A stretch of DNA of 64,000 bases from Candidatus Sericytochromatia bacterium (GTDB taxonomy: Bacteria > Cyanobacteriota > Sericytochromatia > S15B-MN24 > VGJW01): assembly GCA_035285865.1 (NCBI GenBank), contig JAYKHS010000022.1, forward strand, positions 64,001 to 128,000. Direction: 5' to 3'. The stretch's first letter is position 1, and each line of letters starts with the position of its first letter. Below the pieces are notes generated by a model that was not told where the DNA came from, did not search any database, and saw only the letters and a list, made by a program, of their open reading frames with translations. Below, piece after piece: positions 1 to 9,272 of this stretch. The position numbers and the translations under genes were made by a program.

Positions 1-370
1 CGAGTCGCCGCCTCTGGTGGTCGTCAAGCGTGATGGCAGCCGTCAGCCATTCGATGCCACCAAACTCGTGACGGGGCTTTTGCGGGCGACGGTGAAATGC
101 GAGGTGCCGGTCGCTCAGCTCGAGGCACTGGCCAGCGACGTGGAGCGATTTTTCCAGCGCAGAGGCGATCGCGAGGTCCAGTCGGCCGAGATCGGCGAGA
201 TGGTGCTCGAGCGGTTGCGGGACCTCGACGAGGTGGCTTATGTCCGCTTCGCTTCGGTCGTCCGGCAGTTCACGAGCATCGCGGATTTCGTCGGTGAACT
301 CGCCCGCCTGGCAGAGCGCCGCAACCTCGAAGATTCGGCTGGTCCCGACGAAGCGCTGGTGTCCCGATGA
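1..370 (+). CDS. nrdR: Transcriptional repressor NrdR (5'-truncated by window edge)
   Basis: ATP-cone VVKRDGSRQPFD...EIGEMVLERLRDLDEVAYVRFASV is the NrdR signature. The N-terminal Zn ribbon lies outside the window. The stop overlaps the next start (ATGA). Confidence 0.93.
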   Translation, partial: ESPPLVVVKRDGSRQPFDATKLVTGLLRATVKCEVPVAQLEALASDVERFFQRRGDREVQSAEIGEMVLERLRDLDEVAYVRFASVVRQFTSIADFVGELARLAERRNLEDSAGPDEALVSR

Positions 371-2322
371 CTGATTTGCCCGAGCAGATTCGCAAGCGGG
401 ACGGCCGCGTGGTCGTCTTCGAACCGGACAAGATCCGCGTGGTCCTCGATCGCGCCGTGGCCTCCGTCCGCGTGCGTGATGCCGCCCTGATCGACGGTCT
501 GCTCGGACGCGTCCTCGAGGGCGTTCGGGCCCAGTCGCCCGCCCCGCCGCGCGTGCCCGCCGTCGAGATGGTGCAGACGTGCATCGAGGAGATCCTTGCG
601 GCAGAATCGCTCGAACCTGTTGCGCGTGCCTTCAGCCTGTACCACGCCCGCCGCGCCCGCATCCGCGAAACCAAGACCGCACTGCTGCAGACCGTCGAGG
701 ACATCCTGACGGGTGCAGGCCACGAAGATGCCGAGATTGGCGCGACGACGGCCGGTGGCAAGATGTGGCGCATCGGCATGGCGGCCTCCAGAGACTTCTA
801 CCTCAAGCGTCTGCTGCCTGAGGAAGTCGCGGATGCGCACGTCCGCGGCGACCTGCACGTGCACGATCTCGATCACTACGCCAAGACCTTCAACTCGGTG
901 GTGCTTCCCGTGGAGTCGCTGCTGCGGGAGGGCTTCCGGACGGGTACCGGTTCCGTCCGTCCTCCGCGTCGCGTCGCTTCGGCGCTCGGCCAGGTCAGTC
1001 TGCTCTTCCAGGCCGTCCAGGACGAGATCTTCGGTGGGATGCTTGCCGACGATCTGGACGGGGTGTTGGCGAGGCTGCTTCCCGACGAGATGCCGGGGCC
1101 TGCCCTGGACCAGGCCTTCGAGGCTTTCCTGCATGCATGCAATACGGCGCCGGCCCGGGGTTCGGGTCCGGTACCCTATGCATCCGTCTCCGTCGGCCTC
1201 GATGCAACTCCGCTCGGCAGACGGTGCACGGAGGCTCTGCTTCGCGCACTGGCGCGCGGCATTGGCCGAGGTGAGCCCGCTCTCTTCCCCAATGTCGTTT
1301 TCAAGGTGGCGCGGGGAGTCAATCTGGATCCCGGCGACCCGAACCATGACCTGCTGCAGCTGGCGGCGGCCGTGGCCGGACAGCGCATGATGCCGACCTT
1401 TGCGTTTCTGGACGCGGCGGATAATGTCGGACAAGGTTCGCCTGCCGCGTATCTGTCCGGGTGTGCCCGGGTCTTCGATCGGCCGGGCGGGCAGCCCGCG
1501 ACCACGGGTCGGGTGGCTCATCTGGCCACGGTCTCGATCAACCTGCCGCGTCTCGTCCTGAAGGCACGGCGCGGGCCGCTCGGATTCGACGCTCTGCTCG
1601 AGCAACGCATGGACCTTGCCATGCGCAGCCTCGAACATCGGCTCGAGACGCTCGAGCGGCTGACGCCCGGCGACTTTCCGTTCCTTTCGGCGCACATGCC
1701 CGGGGCCAATCCGTCCGGTGTATCCGAGATGTTGCGCAGCGGCGTCATGGTGGTCGGCTTCATGGGGCTTGCCGAAGCCCTCGTCCTTGAGACTGGCCAG
1801 CACCACGGGACCTCGAGCGAGGCATGCGACCTGGGCCTGTCGTGGGTCCGCAGCATGCGGGACCAACTCTCGGCACGTGCTGCGGAGCGCGGTCTTTCCC
1901 TGGTGCTTCAGGGCGGATTCGGGCCGCGCATCGCGCGGCGCTTTGCCGAGGCGGATCGAGCGCTGGGTGGCCCCGGTGGTGTCTACACGCCATCGTTCGT
2001 GGTCCCTGCAGATGCCCCGCTGACCGCACGGGAACGTCTCGCCGTGGAGGCGCCCTACCACGCCCTGTGCGATGGCGGGCATCTGGCCTCCTGGTCGGCT
2101 GCGGGACCGCTGGATGGAGCGACCGCGCTCGAGGCCGTCAGGGCCATGGCGGATGCCGGCATCGGGCACGGCGGCTTCACTGTGCCGCTTGACCATTGCC
2201 TCGCGTGCAGCCACGCAGGTGCGTGGTCCGGTGCCTGTCCGCAGTGTGCTGCGGACGAAGGTCTCGTCCGGCGCGTCCGCAGAGTGTCGGGTTGGCTGGG
2301 GTTGGTCCCGGGCTCAGTTTGA
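367..2322 (+). CDS. nrdD: Class III (anaerobic) ribonucleotide reductase-like protein, catalytic motifs degenerate
   Basis: N-terminal ATP cone (IRKRDGRVVVFEPDKI), HVRGDLHVHDLD, SINLPRL, C-terminal CxxC...CPxC Zn site and RRVSGWLG glycyl-radical loop. Confidence 0.8.
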   Translation: MTDLPEQIRKRDGRVVVFEPDKIRVVLDRAVASVRVRDAALIDGLLGRVLEGVRAQSPAPPRVPAVEMVQTCIEEILAAESLEPVARAFSLYHARRARIRETKTALLQTVEDILTGAGHEDAEIGATTAGGKMWRIGMAASRDFYLKRLLPEEVADAHVRGDLHVHDLDHYAKTFNSVVLPVESLLREGFRTGTGSVRPPRRVASALGQVSLLFQAVQDEIFGGMLADDLDGVLARLLPDEMPGPALDQAFEAFLHACNTAPARGSGPVPYASVSVGLDATPLGRRCTEALLRALARGIGRGEPALFPNVVFKVARGVNLDPGDPNHDLLQLAAAVAGQRMMPTFAFLDAADNVGQGSPAAYLSGCARVFDRPGGQPATTGRVAHLATVSINLPRLVLKARRGPLGFDALLEQRMDLAMRSLEHRLETLERLTPGDFPFLSAHMPGANPSGVSEMLRSGVMVVGFMGLAEALVLETGQHHGTSSEACDLGLSWVRSMRDQLSARAAERGLSLVLQGGFGPRIARRFAEADRALGGPGGVYTPSFVVPADAPLTARERLAVEAPYHALCDGGHLASWSAAGPLDGATALEAVRAMADAGIGHGGFTVPLDHCLACSHAGAWSGACPQCAADEGLVRRVRRVSGWLGLVPGSV

Positions 2323-2865
2323 CCCCGGGAATGCCGGCGCCGTCACGACCTCGCGACCTGCTGCTCGCCAGGCTTCGAGCCCGCCCTTGAGGGCACTGGC
2401 CTCGTAGCCTCTCATGTTCAGGATGTACGCGACCCGGGCAGCGGTATGCTCCTCGGGACAGGTGCAGTAGGCGACGACGCGACTGCCCGCAGGGATGGTC
2501 CGCCACTTGAAGGGAAAGACCCGCAGGCCCATTTCGATGGAACCCGGGATGTGTCCGGCCTCGAAGGCACGGTGCTCACGCGCATCAAGCAGCACGGGTG
2601 GCTTGTCGCTTGCCAACATGCTGATGAGCTCTTGCACGGTCACGCGGGCGACCTTGCGCTCACCTTCCGGGTTTCCGGGGAGCTCCTTGGCCCAGTCGAT
2701 GCCGGGCGGCACGGGCGGAGCAGCCTGGGGCGACACGCTGGCCTCGGCTGCAGATGCCTTCGGCAGAGCCTCCGTCGGCATGTCCGCGGCCAACGTCACG
2801 CGGGCCATGATCGCAACGCCCGCGACCACGGTGAGGCCGATGGCCGTCTCACGCCAATGTGCCAT
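2314..2865 (-). CDS. Exported rhodanese-like domain protein
   Basis: Signal-like N-terminus, LLDAREHRAFEAGHIPGS, YCTCPEE active loop, LKGGLEAW; AGGAGG RBS. Confidence 0.85.
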   Translation of the reverse strand: MAHWRETAIGLTVVAGVAIMARVTLAADMPTEALPKASAAEASVSPQAAPPVPPGIDWAKELPGNPEGERKVARVTVQELISMLASDKPPVLLDAREHRAFEAGHIPGSIEMGLRVFPFKWRTIPAGSRVVAYCTCPEEHTAARVAYILNMRGYEASALKGGLEAWRAAGREVVTAPAFPGSN

Positions 2866-2915
2866 TGGGATGTTCCTCCTCAGGCCCCAAGGTTGCCCTC
2901 CCGGTAGCCCTCAGG

Positions 2916-4634
2916 TCAAGCGCGCCCGACACGTTCCTTCCGGTCCTGCAGCATGAGACGCAGGGTGCCGAGATCGCTGGCATTAAGGATGTCCGAGGCC
3001 TCGAGGCCTCCCTTTCGGGCCATGTCGAGGGCATACCGCACGTGGCCGAGACCGGCCGTCGAGTGGGCGTCAGGCGACAGGCAGAAGCCCGCTCCCGCGG
3101 CCTTGGCCGCGCGGATGTCCCGCCAGTCGATGTCCAGCCTCTGGGGATTGCCGTTGATCTCGATGCGGACGCCATGGCGTGCGGCTGTCTCGTGGACTCG
3201 GGCCAGGTCCATGGCATAGGGGGCACGTTCCCCCAGAAGGCGACCCGTCATGTGGCCGAGAATCGTGGTTCGGCCATCCTCGAGGGCTCGGCACACGCGT
3301 CGGGTCATGCCGTCCGCATCCTCGCCGTGGCGGTTGTGGATGGAGGCGATGACGAGGTCGCAGGCATCGATGGAGTCCGACATGTCGAGGCTGCCATCCG
3401 CCAGGATATCCGCCTCGATGCCGGAGAGCAGGGCGGCGCGCCCCCCGCCGTCATTCCACGCAGAGATGGCCGCATGCTGCGCGGCGAGGCGTTCGGCGGA
3501 CAGGCCGCCAGCGTATCCTGCGGCATGGCTGTGCTCGGTGATGGCCAGGTAGTCATGGCCCCTGCGTTCGGCCTCGCGGGCCATCTCGTCCATGGTTGCC
3601 TTGCCGTCGCTGGCCGTGGTGTGACTGTGGAACAGGCCGCGGATGTCCGTTCCCGAGACGAGGCGGGGCAGGCGGCCCGTGGCTGCCAGTTCCGCTTCAT
3701 CCAGGCCCTCCCGCAACTCGGGTGGTATCCAGGCAAGGCCCATGGCGGCATAGACCGCGGTCTCATCGGGCGTCGGAATCGGGGTGCCGTCTGCAGCGAG
3801 CAGCATGCCAGCCGACCAGGCAAGCCCTGCCCGACGCATGGCGGGTTCGAGACGGGCGAGGTGGGCCGCATTGGCCCCGCACCACACGCCGGCTGCACCC
3901 AGGTGGTTAGCCGGCGTGACATGCACATGGACCGCGGGCTCTTCCGGCCGGTGTCGCGTCCAGCCGTCCGGGCCCGGGGTGAACCCCTGGTCCGGCAACG
4001 TGGCGCTCGCAACCTCCGGGTCCGCGACGAACAGCAGGTCGAGCCGGCCGTGCAGGTCGTCCCGGCGCGCGAGGCTTCCGGCCACGTGGACGGCCTGGAC
4101 ACCTTCGATGCGTGACAGCAGGGACACGAGATCTGCCGAGATGGCCTCGGCGTCAGGCAGCAGCACCATCCCGGCCGTCTGCAGCATGTAGGCCACGTGC
4201 GGCACCAGCTTCTCGGCAGTCTTCTGCCCGAAGCCCTTGAGACCGGCAATCCTGCCGGCCTTCAGGGCTGTGTCGAGGCCGGCCAGGTCCGTGACCGCGA
4301 GTTCCCGGATCAGGGCACGCACCTTGGCCGGGCCGAGGCCCGGCACGTCCAGCAGGCGCAGCGGGTCGCCGGGCCAGCGCACGCGCAACTCGTCCAGTGT
4401 CCGGTGCCTCCCCGTGCGGACCAGCTGTTCGATATCGCCCAGCAAGCCCTTGCCGATGCCCGGCACGCCCGCGAGCCTACCCTCGAGGAAGGCCGGGACA
4501 GGGTCTTCTGCCCGGGCTTCGAGCATGGCTGCGGCCTCCCGAATGGCCCGGGTCTGGAAGACCGATGCCCCGTCCAGCTCGAGGAGGCGTCCGAGGGCGT
4601 CCAGTTGCCGGGTCAGGGTGCGGCGGTCGATCAA
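2916..4634 (-). CDS. polX: DNA polymerase X family / PHP-domain protein (polymerase site altered)
   Basis: HhH motifs (VPGIGKG, VPGLGPAK, LKGFGQKT), WIPPELRE, and PHP motifs HSHT, EHS, GIEADI, HMTGR, DAH. Confidence 0.88.
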   Translation of the reverse strand: MIDRRTLTRQLDALGRLLELDGASVFQTRAIREAAAMLEARAEDPVPAFLEGRLAGVPGIGKGLLGDIEQLVRTGRHRTLDELRVRWPGDPLRLLDVPGLGPAKVRALIRELAVTDLAGLDTALKAGRIAGLKGFGQKTAEKLVPHVAYMLQTAGMVLLPDAEAISADLVSLLSRIEGVQAVHVAGSLARRDDLHGRLDLLFVADPEVASATLPDQGFTPGPDGWTRHRPEEPAVHVHVTPANHLGAAGVWCGANAAHLARLEPAMRRAGLAWSAGMLLAADGTPIPTPDETAVYAAMGLAWIPPELREGLDEAELAATGRLPRLVSGTDIRGLFHSHTTASDGKATMDEMAREAERRGHDYLAITEHSHAAGYAGGLSAERLAAQHAAISAWNDGGGRAALLSGIEADILADGSLDMSDSIDACDLVIASIHNRHGEDADGMTRRVCRALEDGRTTILGHMTGRLLGERAPYAMDLARVHETAARHGVRIEINGNPQRLDIDWRDIRAAKAAGAGFCLSPDAHSTAGLGHVRYALDMARKGGLEASDILNASDLGTLRLMLQDRKERVGRA

Positions 4635-5302
4635 GGTCGGATTTCCGCGGACAGGAGGCGCAACTCGGCTTCCAGCTTGCGCGGGACATCGCCAACCAGG
4701 ATGGTCAGGCGTTCGATGCCCCGCACCATGCCGACGTCCCGGGCATACCAGTAGCAGCTTTCATCGTCCGGCATGCCCGGGCGGCGCACCAGATGGGTGA
4801 TCCGCACGGCCTGCCATCGACCGCCCTCGTGGGCCACATCCTCGATGCCGTGGCAGGTGACCGTCTCGGAGGCCCCGCCCGCAAGCGGTCTGCCGGACCA
4901 GCTGGTTCCGGCCGCCACGGGCAGGCGCAGAAGGACGACGGAGGCTTCGGGTTGCGGGTCCTGTTCGAGCCAGCGCATGGCCCGGACCTCGGACGTCGAG
5001 ACCCTGATCCGGCTGGGCAGGGCCTGCGTCTGGCCATAGGTGCGTTCGAGGCGTGCCCCGAAGGCATCGGCTGCAGTGACCGCGAAGACGTGAGGGGCAC
5101 CTTCGCGTTCCGGTGTGCCCTCGTGGCGGAACAGGGTCCGGTAGGTCCAACGGCGCCCGACGTCGACGGGGTACCAGGATCCTGCCGTAGCCACGGAACG
5201 TGCGGCAACCGAGGCGCCCATCGCGACCCGCCCGCTCGGCAGGCCCGAGCCGCAGCCTGTCATCAGGGCTGCAAGCAGGACGATACGTGCTTGATGAAAC
5301 AT
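4631..5302 (-). CDS. Hypothetical lipoprotein
   Basis: MFHQARIVLLAALMTGC lipobox, WYPVDVGRRWTY and YWYARDVGMVR beta-rich motifs; stop overlaps the polX start. Confidence 0.7.
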   Translation of the reverse strand: MFHQARIVLLAALMTGCGSGLPSGRVAMGASVAARSVATAGSWYPVDVGRRWTYRTLFRHEGTPEREGAPHVFAVTAADAFGARLERTYGQTQALPSRIRVSTSEVRAMRWLEQDPQPEASVVLLRLPVAAGTSWSGRPLAGGASETVTCHGIEDVAHEGGRWQAVRITHLVRRPGMPDDESCYWYARDVGMVRGIERLTILVGDVPRKLEAELRLLSAEIRP

Positions 5303-5390
5303 TGAAGAAAATGGAACAGGTTCAAGACGGACGACTTCGACCGATGTTTGCATGATAGGGCCCGAAGCGGGTCGGAGCAACCTGCATGGC

Positions 5391-5405
5391 TGATAGACTG
5401 GCGGC
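5391..5405 (+). promoter_or_regulatory. Extended -10 promoter, probable leaderless transcript
   Basis: TGaTAGACT then 6 nt then ATG (5406); no SD. Confidence 0.5.
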
Positions 5406-5789
5406 ATGCGCATCGTCGTCACCAGTGGCCTCGGGTTCGCCACGCTGTTGCTCCTGCTCGGAGCGGCCACGCCCGAACCGAGGTCCCCGGGGCATGAGTT
5501 GTTCATCCGCAAGGGCTGCGTTCACTGCCATCAACTCAAGGGTGTCAAGGAGGCCAAGGGGACCATCGGCCCCGATCTGGGCAAACTGGTCGCTTCGCGT
5601 TCCGCGGACGAACTTACGGAGTTCCTTGCGCATCCGGACATGGCCGGGACCGGGCGCCATCTGCCCTCGCTCGACCTGACGCCGAGACAGGTGGCCATGC
5701 TCGTGGACCTGATCCGCAACCCCCCGCGCAAGCGCAAGCCTACGCCCACTCCTCCCCCGACGCCCCGGCCTTCGCCCTCATCCCTGTGA
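5406..5789 (+). CDS. Monoheme c-type cytochrome
   Basis: Signal peptide, GCVHCH heme motif, GPDL, Pro-rich tail. Confidence 0.85.
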   Translation: MRIVVTSGLGFATLLLLLGAATPEPRSPGHELFIRKGCVHCHQLKGVKEAKGTIGPDLGKLVASRSADELTEFLAHPDMAGTGRHLPSLDLTPRQVAMLVDLIRNPPRKRKPTPTPPPTPRPSPSSL

Positions 5790-6367
5790 CGGATTCGGAA
5801 CGCGAGGTTGACCGGGGCACCTTCATCCGTGAGGGCCTCGGGGACCTTGGCCGCTCACTTTTCGAGAGCTGGCATGCCTACAGGGCAGCGGCGAGGCCCC
5901 CCGAACCTGCACCGCCCTTGCGCACCCGCTTGCGCCCGCCCGGTGCCCGGGAGGAGGCCGAGTTTCGCCGGCTCTGCAGCCGCAGCGGGGCTTGCGTCTC
6001 GGCCTGCCCCTTCGGAGTGCTGGAGTCGGACGGCGATGGCTGGCCGGCCCTGCGGGATCCGCGTACGGCGCCCTGTGCGATGTGTCCCGACATGCCCTGC
6101 ATCGCGGCTTGTGGAACCGGTGCTCTGGCTTGGCAGCCGCGCAACCTGAGGCGCATCGGGCTGGTCAGCGTCGACAAGGAACACTGCGTCGTGCGCGCGG
6201 GGACCGCGTGCACGGCCTGCGCGGCGTCCTGCAGGGAGGCGAGGGCCATCGGTCCCGGGGCCGACGGGTATCCTGTGGTACTCGCCGAGGCGTGCACGGG
6301 ATGCGGTTCGTGCCTCGCAGTATGCCCGGCCGAAGGGCCGGCCCTGCTGCTCGCGCCGAGGTCCTGA
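5786..6367 (+). CDS. NapG/MauM-family 4Fe-4S ferredoxin
   Basis: LRPPGA..E..F...C motif and multiple Cys clusters (CAMCPDMPC, CTACAASC, CTGCGSCLAVCP); GTGA overlap with the cytochrome gene. Confidence 0.85.
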   Translation: MTDSEREVDRGTFIREGLGDLGRSLFESWHAYRAAARPPEPAPPLRTRLRPPGAREEAEFRRLCSRSGACVSACPFGVLESDGDGWPALRDPRTAPCAMCPDMPCIAACGTGALAWQPRNLRRIGLVSVDKEHCVVRAGTACTACAASCREARAIGPGADGYPVVLAEACTGCGSCLAVCPAEGPALLLAPRS

Positions 6368-6368
6368 C

Positions 6369-9272
6369 TCAGGGTCCTCCGATCAGGACATGGTCGGGAA
6401 GCACGCGGGCCATGGCTTCGGCGAGGGCTTCTGCAAGCTGTAGCTCGGCATCCCGATGACCTGAGGCCTTGGCAAGGATCTGGGCGACCTGCAGTCCGGC
6501 CAAGGCCTCGAAGGGTGGCTGTGTCGCGATGTCAGAATGCGTGGCCGAATCATCTCCCTGCAGGTCCGCGAGCCTGTTCCGGGCGATGGCCAGTCGCAAG
6601 GAGGCCCGGCGGTACCGTATGCGTCGCGGGTCGGTGATGTCGCCTTCGCACGGTTGGAGCGCTGACCATCGCGTGTCGGCATCCTCGATCCGCCCAGCCA
6701 CGCAGGCGGCCTCCACGGCGAGCAGGCGGACGAACCGCGCGCGATCCGGACGCCCGAGGCGTTCCCATGCCAGACTCGCCTGGTCCGCAAGCAACAGGGC
6801 GTCCTCGGGTTTGCCCAGCACGAGGTCCTCGAGGGCCATCTGGCCAAGAATCCGAGGATTGGGTTCGCCCTTTCCGAGCGCCGTCGCCCTGGCCTGCAAC
6901 ATCGCTTGCTGGCCTGCTGGCCGGCACAGGTATGCGGCAAGGGCCAGATCCGGCTGGTCGGGGTGCTGCTCGGCAAGTCGGCGCCAAGGTGCGTCGTCCG
7001 GTTGTTCCTCGCCGCTGTCGATCCGTGCCAGCGCCTCCACGCCCCACCAAGCCGGATAGGCCGGTCCTGCGAGGCTCATGGCTTCCCCGAGGCAGGCCAA
7101 ACCTTCGCGGGGGCGGCCCATGTCGAGCAGCAGGCGTGCCAGAAACTCGCGCGCGGCTATCTGGGCGTCCGCCTGATCGGATTGCGCCAAGGCAAGCGAT
7201 CCATGTTCCAGCGCGCGATCGTACCAACCAAGGCGAACCTCGAGTCGCGCCAAGGCAGAGAGAGCTTCGCGCTGCGCACGGTCCTCCTCGAGAAGCGGGG
7301 GATCCTGAGGAGCCACGAGCGTCCGCAGGACTCGGGCCGTCTTCGCCCAGCCGCCCGGATGGGCGGCGTCGTCTGCAGCCACGAGCGCATGAACCAGTGC
7401 AGCTGCCGGCTGTCCGGCGCGCAGCAAATGGTGGGCCAGCAGCGCGGAGATGCCCTTGTCGCCCGCCATCTCGGGAGTCTGTTCCAGGGCAGTTGCCGCA
7501 GCTTCGTGCCACTGGCGGCGCTGCGCCTGAAGGACGCCCTGATAGGCGACTTCATGCAAGGCAGCGTCGAGGAAGCGGAAGCTGCCGTCCGGTCGCGCTT
7601 CCAGCAGGCCCAGTGCGACCAGCCCCCTGAGCCCGATGCGTATGGCCTCCACGGGCCCGAGGTGGCCGAGCATCTCGGCATGCAGGCTGGGGCCGGCCAC
7701 GGCGGCAGCTGAGAGCAACGTCCGCTGGTCCGGTGGCAACGTGTCGAGATGGCTCATGAGGATGGCGCTCATTGCGCCGGGCAAGGGCAAGCCATCGCTG
7801 TCCCGACTCACGTGGAGACGACCGTCGTCCTGGCGAATCCAGCCGCCGGCCACCAAATCGCGCGCCAACTCGCCGAGGAAGAGCGGATTGCCCCCGGTCT
7901 GGTCGCAAGCCTCGCGCGCGAGCTCCCGCAATTCGGGAGGCCAGGCATCTACGGTGTCAGGCAGATCGGCTGCCGCACCGAAGAGGCGCATAGCGTCATC
8001 TACGGCCAATGGGAGCAGGCGGGCGTCTCGACGACCCGGGACGGTCGCAAGGACCGCGCGGCTGGCGGAAACGACCATGAGGCTTCTACCCGACTCGATG
8101 TCTCGCGTGTGCTGCCAGAAGCTCAGCAGCCAAGCTTGGCTGTCCGGGTCCACGAGGTCCAAGTCGTCGACCATCACGATCACGAGCCGGCGCCGCGCCT
8201 CGAGAAGCAGGTCGGCCTGAAGTGTTTCGGAGGAGGCCTCGTCGGTCAGGCCTTCCAGCAGACTTCCTGATCTGTCTTGTCGGTGGAGGAGGCCCCTGAG
8301 GTCGAGCAGCCGGAGGTCGGCGTTGTGTTCTAGGCTTTGCTTCCAGCGTCGCAGGAGGCGACTCTTGCCGAGACCGGCGGACCCCTGGATGTGCAGCCAC
8401 TGTGGTCGTCCCGAGAGGCCTGCGGCGAGGGTGGCCTCCCAATGGTGCTCCATCTCGGGCCGGGGCAGGAAGGCCAGCAGATCCTTCGGGGGGGCGATGC
8501 CTTGGCTGCGCAGGCCGACCAGGGCTTGCGGCCGGACGGGCTTGGTGCGTCCCTTGACCTGGACCTCGGGAAGTTGCTCGATGTCGAAGTCGCGGTGCGT
8601 TGTGGCGACCGTCTCCGGCGTGGCGAGAATCTGTTCCGCCGTTGCCGAGGCCTTCATGCGCTGGGCGAGATTCACCGTATCGCCCATGACGGTGTAGTCA
8701 CGCTTGGCATCGCCACCGACCTCCCCGGCAACCACCAGGCCGGTATGCAGGCCGATGCGGATGCCCAGACGCTTGGCCGCCGGTGCGGAGGCCATGTCTT
8801 CGCGTGCGACATCGCGCAGAGCCAATGCGGTCATCAGGGCCCTGTCCGCATCATCTTCCCGAGCCACGGGTGCCCCGAAGAGCACCATCAGGCCATCGGC
8901 CAAGTACTTGTCGATGACGCCGCCCCAGGCGTCCACGACGTCCGTGAGCTTCTTGAAGAACCTGTTGGTGAGCTCGGTGACTTCCTCCGGGTCCAGGGTC
9001 TGCTGCAACTGGGCCAGCCCCAGAACCTCGAGGAACATGACGGTGACGATGCGGCGTTCGCCGAGTTGGCTCATGGCCTTGAGGACGAGGGCTTCGCCAG
9101 AGGTTTGTCCCGGGTCGAGCTCCGCGACGGATGCTCCGCAATGGGTGCAATATCGATCGCCGGGCGCCCCCCACGACCGACATGAAGGGCACGCGAACCA
9201 TGCCGGCCCGCCACACTGGATGCAGAAGCGGGCTTCCGGCTCGTAGGCCGTGGTGCAGGCTGGGCAGTTCAC
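6369..9272 (-). CDS. Double zinc ribbon + class III adenylate/guanylate cyclase + AAA ATPase + TPR-like protein
   Basis: CPAC..FCIQCG..CPSC..YCTHCG; GERRIVTVMF, IDKYLADG, RIGLHTG, YTVMGDTVNLAQR; Walker A GSAGLGKS, Walker B VMVDD; helical C-terminus. GTG start at 9272 overlaps the upstream stop. Confidence 0.88.
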   Translation of the reverse strand: MNCPACTTAYEPEARFCIQCGGPAWFACPSCRSWGAPGDRYCTHCGASVAELDPGQTSGEALVLKAMSQLGERRIVTVMFLEVLGLAQLQQTLDPEEVTELTNRFFKKLTDVVDAWGGVIDKYLADGLMVLFGAPVAREDDADRALMTALALRDVAREDMASAPAAKRLGIRIGLHTGLVVAGEVGGDAKRDYTVMGDTVNLAQRMKASATAEQILATPETVATTHRDFDIEQLPEVQVKGRTKPVRPQALVGLRSQGIAPPKDLLAFLPRPEMEHHWEATLAAGLSGRPQWLHIQGSAGLGKSRLLRRWKQSLEHNADLRLLDLRGLLHRQDRSGSLLEGLTDEASSETLQADLLLEARRRLVIVMVDDLDLVDPDSQAWLLSFWQHTRDIESGRSLMVVSASRAVLATVPGRRDARLLPLAVDDAMRLFGAAADLPDTVDAWPPELRELAREACDQTGGNPLFLGELARDLVAGGWIRQDDGRLHVSRDSDGLPLPGAMSAILMSHLDTLPPDQRTLLSAAAVAGPSLHAEMLGHLGPVEAIRIGLRGLVALGLLEARPDGSFRFLDAALHEVAYQGVLQAQRRQWHEAAATALEQTPEMAGDKGISALLAHHLLRAGQPAAALVHALVAADDAAHPGGWAKTARVLRTLVAPQDPPLLEEDRAQREALSALARLEVRLGWYDRALEHGSLALAQSDQADAQIAAREFLARLLLDMGRPREGLACLGEAMSLAGPAYPAWWGVEALARIDSGEEQPDDAPWRRLAEQHPDQPDLALAAYLCRPAGQQAMLQARATALGKGEPNPRILGQMALEDLVLGKPEDALLLADQASLAWERLGRPDRARFVRLLAVEAACVAGRIEDADTRWSALQPCEGDITDPRRIRYRRASLRLAIARNRLADLQGDDSATHSDIATQPPFEALAGLQVAQILAKASGHRDAELQLAEALAEAMARVLPDHVLIGGP

